A DNA stretch of 63,340 bases, filler included, from Asterionella formosa (taxonomy: Eukaryota): NCBI GenBank assembly GCA_002256025.1. It is 2 parts of 2 records of this genome, joined end to end, with 100 filler letters (N's around TTAATTAATTAA, not from the genome) between each part and the next. Parts side by side here need not be neighbours in the genome. Positions count along the whole stretch, not along the records: positions 31,746 to 63,340 come from NKIB01000623.1; 1 more part is not named here. One strand, 5' to 3'. Below the pieces are notes generated by a model. That model ran no database searches. It was not told where the DNA came from and saw only the letters and a program-made list of their open reading frames with translations. Each line of letters opens with the position of its first letter. Positions within the stretch are counted from its first letter, which is position 1. Shown here in pieces: positions 46,144 through 57,399 of the stretch. The position numbers and the translations under genes are program-made.

Positions 46144-47567
46144 AGAGCATCTCCACCACATCGACCAAATACCAAAGCCAATTGCAGTTGAACATATCAA
46201 TACACGTCAATTGGTCGAGAAATTTTTTATCAATAGACGAAATTTTCTTATATTTTCCAAGCGCATCTTTTATCAATAGTCAAAATTTTCTTTTTTTTCT
46301 CAGGCGTATCGACCAAATCCTATAATAGTCAGCCATATCTCACGCCTAAATTTTTAGCCAATAGAAATAGTGCTAGAGTGTAATTGCTTACATGTGTATT
46401 GCTTTTAATTCATGAAGCACCCACATGTATGCCTTTTCTTACACAGATAGCAATACACCTATCTGGTACTACCCACCAAAAACTACTACGATGCATGATT
46501 ATGTACTTGAATCTTGGTCGTAGAGAATTGTGGCTTGCTTTACACGACTAATATTTATACAAATGAGTGACGATAGCGACTTGTCAGATGACGATCGCTT
46601 CTTCCGCTTCCGCAATATGCGGAAGCAAAGAGAGACTGCCAAGCAAGAAAGTTAAAAGGGAGGAGTATTGGAGGTGGAAAAGGCGTCCAATCTCAATCAT
46701 TTTCGGAAAGACTACAACAAGCTTTTTAAAAAGGATTATTTTGGTGAAAAAACGATTTATTGAACGGCAATTTTCAGGAGGCGCTTCCAGGTGAACCGGT
46801 CATTTTTTCAGAAGATTCTTGATGATTTGGTTGCTTCGGATTTGTTCTTTTCTCAGAAGAAGCCCCGCACCAAAAACTTACCTTGCTTGGTGCTTCGCAT
46901 GTTAGCCTATGAAATGTCGGCGGATCAGCTAGTTACACAATGTAACAAAGATGCTGGCAGATTCAACAACACTCAACAATCTGCAGCACTGAGGCCCAGT
47001 GCACGCCATTGAGGTGTGATCCTTCCCATCCGGGATGATCTCATCATAAATCTCGAACACCTTGCTCCAAAACTTGCTTGCTTTCTGCCCAGTCCCAGCG
47101 ATTGCGTCTCACTTGCTGCTACCCAGACCCAAGAGAGTGCCTTGTCCTCTTCCTTCTCCCATTTGACACCGGAACCTATCCTGATGATGATTTTTATTTT
47201 ATGATTTTGACTCAAGAAGACATTGACCAGTAGAGTTCTACGTGAAGAGGCTATATTGAATGCACTGTAATTAGCTATGTATGTAATAATTAAAACATAA
47301 ATGTTAGGGTGCCAGTGGGAGCCACAATCTCAACAATATAAGTACTTCTTTTATTTGGCTACGGTCAGAGTCTGATCAACCAGACACCTGAAATTAGGTG
47401 AATAAGGGGGTCATCCTCGACCAAGCAGGCCAAAGCAGCATATTTGATCTTGGTCGATGCGGTGGCTTAAGCATTTTTGCTTTTTCGACTAGCATGACAC
47501 ATCATGACGTGTAATGACCTGCAACTTCAATTGTCTTGGTATTTGGTCGATGCGTTGGCGATGCTCT
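46144..47567. mobile_element. PIF/Harbinger deletion derivative with TIRs of about 45 bp and remnants of both ORFs
   Basis: Left end AGAGCATCTCCACCACATCGACCAAATACCAA; reverse complement of the right end AGAGCATCGCCAACGCATCGACCAAATACCAA. Plus-strand transposase N-terminus KDYF...RRFQVNRSFFQKILDDL...FFSQK...LRMLAY..SAD. Minus-strand Myb/SANT-like WEKEEDKALSWVWVAASE. TSD is imperfect. Confidence 0.82.
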
Positions 47568-47689
47568 AGCTCCGCCACGAAAGCTATACGCGAGCGAGGT
47601 TTTGTTGAGAAGGAGGGCTGGTGGAATAGAAAACCTCTTTTGCCTGCTACAAGTTGCGATCATTTTTTTGAAATCGATAACATGACGCC

Positions 47690-48310
47690 GGACAGGCGTT
47701 CATTTACATTGAAAACTCCATCAATCCACTCTTTAAAATCGTCTTTATGCATGGTGATCACCACTTATTGACATACTGGGTTTTATGATAGTCTTATTCT
47801 TCAAAACAGGGAAACGTCAAGAAAACACCACAACAATGACCGGGGCAATAGAGGGGCGGCCCGAAGCAAAAGTAAGCAATGAATAGTGAAGCAATAGTAA
47901 GAGAAAGTAAGCAAGTCTTGCTTGTGTTGCTTAGCTAATTCTCTCCAAACTCAAAATCGTTCTCCGCAGTGATGAAAACAACCTATCTTAATCAACGGTT
48001 TTCAAAAAGTCGTTGGGATTGGAAACTCGTAACTGCCAGCATCATCATAGCAACAACCTAATATAACTATTATAAACTAGCTACCGGTACTGGTATGTAT
48101 TTACGGTACTTACGCATGTTATGTACGCATGTATACTATACATCCACTATAAACTAGTGTATTGACTGTTGACTAATGAAGATAATAGTATACTGGTGGA
48201 AGGTCTGGTAATCAGCAAGTTGTGTACCTCAACGGTAGTGTATGCATAGCAGTCCTGTTGCTTATTGTATTTATGCATGTTTTATTATTTTAAATGAATT
48301 TATTAAGCAA
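47690..48310 (+). repeat. Dispersed repeat family, copy B
   Basis: Homologous to 42560-43170 (direct) and to 59495-59665 and 62930-63100 (inverted); shared core CAACAATGACCGGGGCAATAGAGGGGCGGCCCGAAGCAAAAGTAAGCAA. Confidence 0.8.
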
Positions 48311-48325
48311 CTGAATGTCCTCCAT

Positions 48326-51300
48326 TCATTTGAGAAATTTTACGCTTCTTAAGTTGCATAAATCCCAATGCAATGCATTGGGGGCCATCGCACCAGGGCA
48401 TATTTGCTGCCCTGCCGTGTTTCGACATTTCTCTAGAAACCCTGAGCCATTTTCATCCTCAACCTGGACCCCACACCAAGCACACCATGGTGATATTTTG
48501 ATGAATTTGGATGCCAAAAGCTGCCACTCCACTGGATAAGCACATGACAATGGTCGAACAGATATAGTTGCCTCTCCCTCAAAAACAAATGAACTAGTAT
48601 GATATGTCAGTGCAGAATTGATATCAATGAGCGTTGACGTGCATGTGAAATAACACTCAGTTTTTAAATCACAAAGTTCTTTTGATGCCTCTATGATACG
48701 ATTGGAGTAAATTACATGAGGTTTGGAACAAACACCACAGATGATGAAATCAGCTTGTGCAGCTGTGTAAGCTTGCGAGTCCCCAATTGCCTGGGATCCA
48801 ACATTTGCAATTGATGGGATGACTGATGAATCAATGGCTGGGTTTCCCATATGCAAAAACTGGGACGAAGCGACCAGATCTCTGCGGGTCCAGGATTGGC
48901 AATGGGAACTTCTACGAAGAGATTTGGGAAAACAGAGCCACACCCATTTTTGGAGGCTTGTAGCATTCAGCAGACAAGCTTTTGATGAACACCAAAGAGT
49001 ATAGAGATAGATGAACGTTCTTGTCACAGAATGCCTTCCAATCTGAACACTTCTTGACCCCCTTCTTTGTCAGCTGCTCCAAATCAAGAGTAGAGTCGAT
49101 ACTCAAAATGGCAAACAGGAGGCGATCGATATCGTCTGCTTGAACAGCACATCTTGTAATTTACATTTGCTAAATCGTTGGGCAAGAAGCTCAATAACGA
49201 CGCCAACACTACCAATGAGACTCCTCGAAAATTCGATGATACCTCTCTGGCAGCACAGATGTCTCCAAGACCTCCACATTTTGAAATGATTGCTTCCTTG
49301 CGCTTGTCCATTGCAGGGCGTGCCAATGACATGCCATTCATGGCAAGATTGAAAATACACATGACACCTTCAACATAATTGGACCAACTGTGGCCTGCAA
49401 CAGTGCGAATCAGAACACACATACTATCAAGATCCGCCCAGGAGGAGACACATGGCCAAAGCAGCAGCTTAGACTGAAACATGTGATGGGTTGGGGTCAG
49501 CTCCACAATCAGTTTGCAACAATAAACAAACACATTCTGTTCCAAGGTCGATATTATTTTTCAGAATGTGGACAGTGCTGAGTGTAATCATATGCGTCAT
49601 CTGTGTGCTTGGAAAAGAATGCGCTGTCCCAAAGCTGAAATATGACATTTACTCTGCAGAAGGTTTGTGATGGTTCATTTGGGATAGCAATGTTGAGCAT
49701 TACACCTGGCACAATCTTGAATTTCTTCAATGTGTCGTGATCAAGAGCTTGACTTGATGCATCAGCAGTAGCTTACTATGTAGTTCGCATATGGGCAACT
49801 GGAGCAAGTGCATGACCTGGCTCTCCAACTATGATTAGCGCTTTGTCATCTGCGCTGGTGAACATGTCAATACGAGTCCCAGAGTTGGCCAGCTGAGCAT
49901 TTATGGAGATGAACCAGTCACGTCCATACTTCTGCAATGCAAGCCCATAGTGTGCATCAATATGTGGTGACCGAACGCTACATTGCTAAAGCTTGAAGAC
50001 TATATTCAAGCGACCATTACAACGTGCCGCCAGCATTGTAGTTGAGTCTGATGGTGTCAGATTCATAGAGACCAAATTGTCTCAACAATTGATGAAATGA
50101 AGTCCTCAATCGATGTCGGAATGGGCAAGAAGCCTAGATTGGGGTTACCACCAGCAGCATGTCTTCAATCATGAGCTGCCTTGTAATCCTCTACAAATAA
50201 GTCAGCAAATTTCCAGAAAGAATCGTATTTAGACTGCTGCAAGCCGCCATTGAAGGAACAGAGATCAGCTGCGACTTTATAGTTCTCACCAATGTCAAGG
50301 AGAATAGTTGTCAACCTTGCCCACAGTGCCCGCCCAACCTTATTAGTACTTGCAGCTGATTGGTCTCCAGTAGCAATTGAGTAAAGCATGTCGGAAAATC
50401 TTTTCCCAGTTGCCCCAGAAGATCTCAGCAGTAAAATAGAGTGGTCAAATGCCTTCTTCATGGGACTTGTAGCAAATTTGTCAATATTAACAATTGTTGA
50501 AGCCAACATACTATTGATTTCGGGACCATTCTGAGGTGTTGACTGAAGAACGTGTGCATGGAAGTGGAGATTGCCAAGTTGATTGCCATGAACACCATAT
50601 GTCATTCATCGACAGAAAATCGGCAACCTCAGATCTTTGACAAATGAATTACGCTCAAGGCGGTCTTTGAAGACAACAATTGCGTCAAGAAGACATATCA
50701 CCTCAAACAATGCTGCAGCAGTTAGATGACCAGATAGAATGTCCTTCTGCTGGGCTGAGAATTGATTTGTTGGATTCCCAAATGCTACATCAAATATGTT
50801 TGTGAATGCAACAGGATCACGTGTACTAGCTAGGAGTCAAACTTGTTGAGATCTCCAACTGCCGCACCGCCTTGCACTGACGATTCTGAATCTCACTATC
50901 ATGCAGGTTATCAATGAATAAATTGGACAGCTTTTGCAAACCAATGCCCACCGATGTTACAGAAACCATGGTGACTTTAGAAACAATAATAATGCATCCG
51001 CATCATGCTTGCCAAGAATTGACTGTGTCTTCAGCTGATAGTACATATTAGCTGCAGCATGACCATGCTGAATGGGTCATTGTAAACGGCATCAACTCCA
51101 AGTATATGCCGCAAAGGATGTCCACGCGCTACGAAATTTGACCGGTGTGGATCTAGATAGAATAAGACAGTAGCAATTGTATCAAGGAATTGTTTGCCAG
51201 TTGTCAAGGACAGTGAAGGCGACCACCCAAGGTTTTTATTTTTGCAGGCAAAGCGCAGTGCATTAAACAGGTCATCAGCGCGATTGTTTCGATTCATTGA

Positions 51301-51480
51301 GCGAGCAGTTGGAAGGCAATCATTTGAAGCAGAAATAAGCATAATGGAGGTTAATGCATTAACTCCAGCATGTACAGATGAGGGAATAGAAAATGGCACT
51401 TGACTTCCATAGCACCAAACATATTCATGAAATCAATTGCATTCTTCATTTCCATCCCATTCTGAACAATTTGACCATGC
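48326..51480 (-). mobile_element. Degenerate large DDE transposase-like gene (Zator/TP36-like motif order) with C-terminal Cys clusters
   Basis: Collinear minus-strand fragments: FTSADDKALIIVGEPG...ALDHD...KIVPGV (~49865-49705), HTDDAYDY, DLDSMCVLIRTVAGHSWSNYVEGVMCIFNL, CGVCSKPHVIYS, CAWCG. Multiple stops and frameshifts. Confidence 0.6.
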
Positions 51481-51992
51481 GAAGATGGCGTGATTACAGA
51501 ATGCTGGGCAAAGTAAAGCATAATAACCGCCTCAACCGGATCAAAGGAAAGCACAACTCTCGAAATGTTTGCCACTTCAAGAACGTCACGGAATGCAAGC
51601 AAAGTGGTCTGCAATGGACAAAAACATCGGAGGAACTGTACCCTGGGATATTGATACAGATTTATAACTAGTAAGAGAGGATTTTGGGCGTGCTGATGAG
51701 GAGCTGGACATTGTTGACAGAATGGCCGAAAAACTGAATGAGTTGTTGGACATGAACAGATGCAATGAAATTCACAGGAATTCACAGAGGCAGCACACAG
51801 CAAACAGTCCGTGAGAGTTCCACAAAGGTTAAAAAAAACATAGATAGTTCTAATTTTGTATATATTTATAAATTCCGAAATGCCTTCAAAACTGATGCAC
51901 ACGCGTCCATCACATATAATCGACTTTGTGCACCCTAAGGAGTATTTCTCCCCTTTCGTTCTATTCGTTGAGGAATTCAGATTCAGTTCATC

Positions 51993-52814
51993 ATGCGGAT
52001 GCAACTAACACTACACGCAGAGAAACTCCGGAAATCCGGCGCATTTCGAATTGGCAATCCTTACGCGGTTGCAGTGATAACGGCCGGGGACAGAATTGGA
52101 GAGGAACTTGGCCGAACTGAAGTCATAGAAAGTACTTTATCTCCAAATTGGGTCACGGTGATTTTTGTAAATGCCGACCCAGCTCTTTTCATGCCATTTC
52201 GGGTTACTGTCTATGATTGCAACGAAAAAGACGATGATCAAAAAGTCATGGCGGAAACCAACTTTGAAATGACAGAAGTATTTGAGAGTAAGGGGAATAT
52301 ATTTGTCCAAAGCGATGGAAGTTCACTTGTATATGCACATGTGGTTCAGAGTCAACAGGGAGAGGCGAAAGGAACTTTTGCTTTTCATTTCCGTGGATTA
52401 GATATCAAGAATATAGAAGCAGGCGTGTTAGGCTTGGGAAGATCTGATCCTTTCTTTGAGATTGCAAAGAAGAATGCTGATCATTCCGCTGGAATCGTGC
52501 GATGGAATCCTGTCTACCGGTCCGAGACAATTCATGACAATTTGAATCCGTACTGGAAAGAAGGTCACCTTTCTCTGGAAGAGTTGTGTTACAATGATCT
52601 CGGCTGGCCACTTCGAGTCAGCATCTGGGACTGGCAAAAAAATGGCAAACATCGAGAGATTGGAGAAATCGAAACGACTATTGATGACTTGAAGTCGCAT
52701 CTCGCGCTCAAGGGAAACGCCGATAGGGAAAACTCTGTTGAAATGACCAAGATTGGGGGAACCAAAAAGATTGGGCTTTTGGTTGTTTTAAAGTGTGAAG
52801 TTCAATTGGACTAG
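51993..52814 (+). CDS. Tandem C2-domain protein (copine-like, lacking the vWA domain)
   Basis: C2A: NPYAV...LGRTEVIESTLSPNW...VTVYD. C2B: GRSDPFFEI...VYRSETIHDNLNPYW...ELC...LRVSIWDW...IGEIETT. Stop follows C2B directly. Confidence 0.88.
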   Translation: MRMQLTLHAEKLRKSGAFRIGNPYAVAVITAGDRIGEELGRTEVIESTLSPNWVTVIFVNADPALFMPFRVTVYDCNEKDDDQKVMAETNFEMTEVFESKGNIFVQSDGSSLVYAHVVQSQQGEAKGTFAFHFRGLDIKNIEAGVLGLGRSDPFFEIAKKNADHSAGIVRWNPVYRSETIHDNLNPYWKEGHLSLEELCYNDLGWPLRVSIWDWQKNGKHREIGEIETTIDDLKSHLALKGNADRENSVEMTKIGGTKKIGLLVVLKCEVQLD

Positions 52815-53240
52815 TGATTTATTTGTCAAGTGATTTACAAATTCAATGATAGTAACGTTATCAAGGTTTTCCCTTCTAAAAACGTGTTACATACCTACCA
52901 GTTACAATCAACAGTAATTGTGCAATGACTATTCAAAGTAAATTATCAAGCTTGCGAACTGATATCTAAATCCTAGTTCTATTCTTTCGTTGTGGCAATA
53001 ATGCAAATCGTGGGTTTCCTGTGCTTCACAGTCGTTGGCCCTGGTATACACGTCAGTCACGATAATTCTAGGATTTCAACGAAGGGGACACCTGTGAGGA
53101 ATACAGACAAGTCAGGCTGTTAAGTGACGTATTATTTAGATCACATCTTTAAATGATAACACCGAAGTAATGCAAAAATAATTCAACTACCCTGGAGTCC
53201 GTTTCCTAAATTCTACTTTTCTGAGCTTCACTACTTGTCG

Positions 53241-55745
53241 TCATCGCCTATATCCAGATGCTGTGAAGATTTCAACATCCAGCGAGTACGAAAAGTACTT
53301 GAAGGTCTTGTCTGCAACGTGCTCATCAAATCCGTGCGTTTCGCATGAGCCTTTTGTCAATTGGAGACCAGCTAGGCGCTGCGCACCAAATACTACCCCT
53401 CGTGTGGCCAAGTGTGGAACACAAAACTGGGCACAGAGGTCGTTACTTCCACCCTCTTCAAGGATTCGGTCTCTGTTAGAATAATATTCGTAAGTGATCT
53501 TGTTCACTTCGTCTGAGTACATTAAGTCGCAGCCAGTAAAGAAAGCTTGCAAGTATAATTCCTTCGGATGAGGAAGCCCGAGCAATATTATCACAAACAA
53601 GATCACATAAAGACCAGCAACTGTATATAGAGGCTTGCGCCTTAGATAAAAATCGGGACTTGCTTGCTTGAACTCTGTAAGTCCAGCTTCACTTGTATTT
53701 TCAGAGTGTGCACCAAGCGAAATATCGAATAGGGCAACCGCTGAGCCAGCACCAATCAAAATTGCAGAAAATAACATGAGCCAAGAGTTGAATGAGAAGG
53801 CGAGAGAACAACACGCGAACATGAAGAATGTCATTGTTGATACACCACAAGCTGGCCCTTTAGTCACTCGCAATACCATTACGTAAAATGAATTTAGGCC
53901 CAAAACCAATGCCATACTAGAGCAGCTGGCCCCGTTGGCGAACGTTGCGTAGAGAAGGTTGGATCCGAGCAGAACAAGAAGGCAAGCAATCAAGAATCGC
54001 CATTTCAAGAGTTGCTCTAGGGGCCGAGCACAAACCCAGAGAGAAATTATGACGAAGCAATATGTTAAGATACCGCTGCATAGAAAATTGGAGGTCAGCA
54101 GTCGGTATATTTGGTTCTGGTATACGACCATGGATGGGTTGTTTATACCGAACCTGCTCAGGACGATGGCAGTGGGCCCTATGGAGGGATTGTTCAAGGG
54201 ATGCGCGAAGCTGTTAGAAAAAATCATTGTCCAAAAGTAAACTGTTGTCGTCAGCATGTAGCCTATTGTTATAGGAAAATTTTTGAACCTCAGAAGGAGC
54301 GCGATGATGACAGTTGAGCACGACGTGTTCCGAGCGTGGACGTCGTCCTTAATCAAATAGTCGTCATCAACACGTATTGTGCGCTCTTGATGAACCTTGT
54401 AAAAGATAGCCATCGTTAAAATCAAACCAATAAATATGGACGAGACAAAGAGAGGAATGGCTGGTCCAGATCGACCGACTAAGCGCTCCTCTCGAAATAT
54501 GTTGCTGGCCCATTCTTCAAAGCCATCAACTTGAAGGGGATAGTACAAGCCAAAGCTGCAGTGTCCTTTGTCCTCAATAAAGAAAGACTTGACGTTCTTG
54601 TGCTTAAATTCAATGCTATTGACTGAAGCGCTGAGGTCGTACCACCACTGCTGATTAGCATCATTGCCGTCTAGTCGCCTATCTCTAGCATCATCACCAT
54701 AGTCGCCTGCATTGTCATCTTCGTTGTTGACATCATCGTCATCGTTGTCACTATATTCTTCACCGTTACCACTCATCCATTTGTAGTATAATTGAGATGT
54801 CTCATCGTTCGTATGAGAGACAAAACCCCAGCTGTCCCGATTAGAACCTCGCTTCAAGACATGGTCCCAAACTTTAGTAGGATACTCCACAGAATATCGC
54901 CATTTTTGGTAGTGGAAGCCTATTCGATCAAGAATAGGCCAAGGATTCCAGTTGCTTAATGCATTCTTGAGAAAATACTTCGGCGTCAAATAGACAGGCG
55001 AGTCAATAATAGTATTGACTTGTGTCGTTCGAACACCAAACTTGTTGTAGTGCTTATTGAGCAAATCGTACACAACCGGAAGCGATGTCCCTCCAGCGGA
55101 GCAGCCTGTCAAGGCAATGTGATTTGGATTCGGAAAATTGGCGAAAATCCAGCGCAAGGTGCCCATCATGTTGTGGGCTCCCTTGTGAAGAACAGTACTG
55201 TCCCCACCATAGGTAGTGGCATTGCTTCCCAAGTGAACGTCTTGTGTACAGTACGGAACAACTACAGTGTTGTATTCTCGAAAGTCAACATCCCCAACCT
55301 TTCCAGCGCATAGCATATTGATTGGAAACTTGCTGTTCAGGTCCGAAACTCCCTTTGCGATCTCACTGCATGAGAGTCCCACAAATTTGTTGAATGCATA
55401 CGGAAACGATAAATGGGATGACATATATCCGCAGGTATTGGCATCCCAACAAGCTCCCCCTCCCATAAATTCGATCAAAAGCTTTTCGTTATTAGCATAC
55501 TTTTGAGCAGGCCTGCTAAAGAAAAACGCAAAGTTCGTGCCATCCCCGCATTGGGGCTGACCAAAGCTTTGCGAGGTTTGGTCCGGGCAAATTTTGTAGA
55601 ACTGGTTTGGAGTCAATGTCGACAGTTTCTGACTAGTTGAAACTGAATCAGAATCACATCCACCACCATAACTTGTTCTATCGCTATAATCTTCGGCTTG
55701 AACATAACAACAAAGGATGAGATAGAAACCAAAGATAATTCTCAT
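53241..55745 (-). CDS. Pectinacetylesterase/Notum-family esterase fused to a rhomboid-like multi-pass membrane domain
   Basis: Signal peptide MRIIFGFYLILCCYVQA. Esterase motifs CGDGT, EFMGGGACW, PYCTQDVHLG, GCSAGG and GHC. A TM helix follows, then rhomboid-like NPSIGP...QIYRLLTSNFL...LEQ..W.FL...GAS. Confidence 0.85.
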   Translation of the reverse strand: MRIIFGFYLILCCYVQAEDYSDRTSYGGGCDSDSVSTSQKLSTLTPNQFYKICPDQTSQSFGQPQCGDGTNFAFFFSRPAQKYANNEKLLIEFMGGGACWDANTCGYMSSHLSFPYAFNKFVGLSCSEIAKGVSDLNSKFPINMLCAGKVGDVDFREYNTVVVPYCTQDVHLGSNATTYGGDSTVLHKGAHNMMGTLRWIFANFPNPNHIALTGCSAGGTSLPVVYDLLNKHYNKFGVRTTQVNTIIDSPVYLTPKYFLKNALSNWNPWPILDRIGFHYQKWRYSVEYPTKVWDHVLKRGSNRDSWGFVSHTNDETSQLYYKWMSGNGEEYSDNDDDDVNNEDDNAGDYGDDARDRRLDGNDANQQWWYDLSASVNSIEFKHKNVKSFFIEDKGHCSFGLYYPLQVDGFEEWASNIFREERLVGRSGPAIPLFVSSIFIGLILTMAIFYKVHQERTIRVDDDYLIKDDVHARNTSCSTVIIALLLRFKNFPITIGYMLTTTVYFWTMIFSNSFAHPLNNPSIGPTAIVLSRFGINNPSMVVYQNQIYRLLTSNFLCSGILTYCFVIISLWVCARPLEQLLKWRFLIACLLVLLGSNLLYATFANGASCSSMALVLGLNSFYVMVLRVTKGPACGVSTMTFFMFACCSLAFSFNSWLMLFSAILIGAGSAVALFDISLGAHSENTSEAGLTEFKQASPDFYLRRKPLYTVAGLYVILFVIILLGLPHPKELYLQAFFTGCDLMYSDEVNKITYEYYSNRDRILEEGGSNDLCAQFCVPHLATRGVVFGAQRLAGLQLTKGSCETHGFDEHVADKTFKYFSYSLDVEIFTASGYRR

Positions 55746-57399
55746 TGTTGCCCATTGTCGATTCAGTGTCAAAAACTGGTAGTCGTTTTTTGTTCTTTTG
55801 AAGGATTTTTATTGAATACCGATTTTATGAATATTCCGGTTTATATATATACATTGCCTGATTTCAATATTGATTCAAAGAATTATTACGTATCCTATTT
55901 GATGTAGACTACCAGGTACCAGGTTCTACAAACAAAACGGTATTTAGCTGATTATGGAGGAACGGCGGTGCCGCGCCGGCTAACTCCATCAGTACGACTG
56001 GTACCGGTTTCCTGATGCACAAACAAGTACAGAACGACAAGAATCCTTTCTTTTACCAACTCCGTATACCATTTCCCGCAATATGTTACACATGTGTTGA
56101 TAAATTGTCCAGCTGTCTAGTAGTACGACTTTTCTTCCCCCTTCTAAAGACAGCAGCCTCCAAGTTTTTGGGCAAGAAGAACTTGGTGGTGTGGCTGGTA
56201 CTGCACGAAAATATCAGGAACCAATGAAATGGGAGCCTCCGAAGCCCTTATTCATTTCACTACTACTAGTACTGTACCAATTGGTCACCAGGGGCAGAGA
56301 AGAACAACGATGTAGTCCCAGAGAAGCTTGAGTCTAACCCGCCCCTTGTCACCGAGAACAAGCAAGAAGAAACTATTAGGAGGATTTACCCCGATTGTTT
56401 AAAAAAACCAATGGACGAAGATGCAGGAAAAAGCGCAAAGAAAACCTTGCCCTAGGTAGGGCACCTAAGTCAATGGCCCCCATATTCATCACTAAGGGGG
56501 GGGGGGGATAAAGAAGAAAGCAAAATGTATTCTTGATGTTGCCAATAATGAGATGGTGAGTTTTATGTCGTACTCCTGCTACGGCCCCCCAGCAAGAAGG
56601 ATGAAGATGGGAAACCACCTGGAAAGACAAAGAAAAAAGGAAAAATGAATAGAGTGAGGCTGAATGATTTCATGGTGATCTTTGAAAGGAAATATATACA
56701 TATATTATCCATTTATTCATTAGGTTACTTGTGGAAATTCACATTACGTGATGTATTAGTACTGTGTTTTGTGCATGCATCTCTCAAATCTAAAAATGTG
56801 AACAATGTAGGCCAAGTTTGCTGAGGGTCAACTTTTAACATCGACCCAGGATTTCGTCCAATACTAGTAGTAGGTATGACAACGGTAGGAGCATAAATAC
56901 CGTCCACAGAGACAAACATTAGCTGTTTCCTCTTTACAGATTCATAAACCATCAGTTGAGCAAGCTCAAACATTTGAGAACGCCGGCTTTTAAGCATACT
57001 CTCACATGGTTCCTTACATGAGTTAACAATTGCAAAGGAACCAGTTTTTTCGTTTCAGAGTGACGAACACAATCATGAATCACTAAAATCAAAGTAGGCC
57101 AAAGCAATACAAAACCGAAACTTTTCCCAACATAATCCTACTACCACTTCCCTGCTTGTCTATCCATTTGAACTCGGCCCAACCATAGCACCAAGACCCC
57201 TGTCCCAATTAACTGGTGGGATTAGCAGCATGGAAATTATTTCTATCTCATTTGTGTTCATACATGACCTCAATTGCCGTGATGGTTATGAAGGGAAGCA
57301 ATAAGTATCCTAAACAAGGTCCACTCCGGATGACTTCTTTATTGCCGCCGAACTGGAAGTGACAGGAGGCGATGACCATTCACCATTACTTTCGTTTAA

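Noticed and set aside
42560..48310. Direct repeats A and B as LTRs of the enclosed Copia remnant
   Set aside because: The Copia remnant has its own PPT and TG...CA LTR at 45491-45609. The repeats lack LTR termini and also occur inverted elsewhere.
51351..52004. 217-aa minus-strand ORF
   Set aside because: No recognisable motifs; it spans the C2 gene promoter and the edge of the decayed transposase, so it is probably spurious.
56700..57300. Minus-strand fragment LMFVSVDGIYAPTVVIP as a transposon C-terminus
   Set aside because: Resemblance is weak and no catalytic motif is visible, so it is not called.
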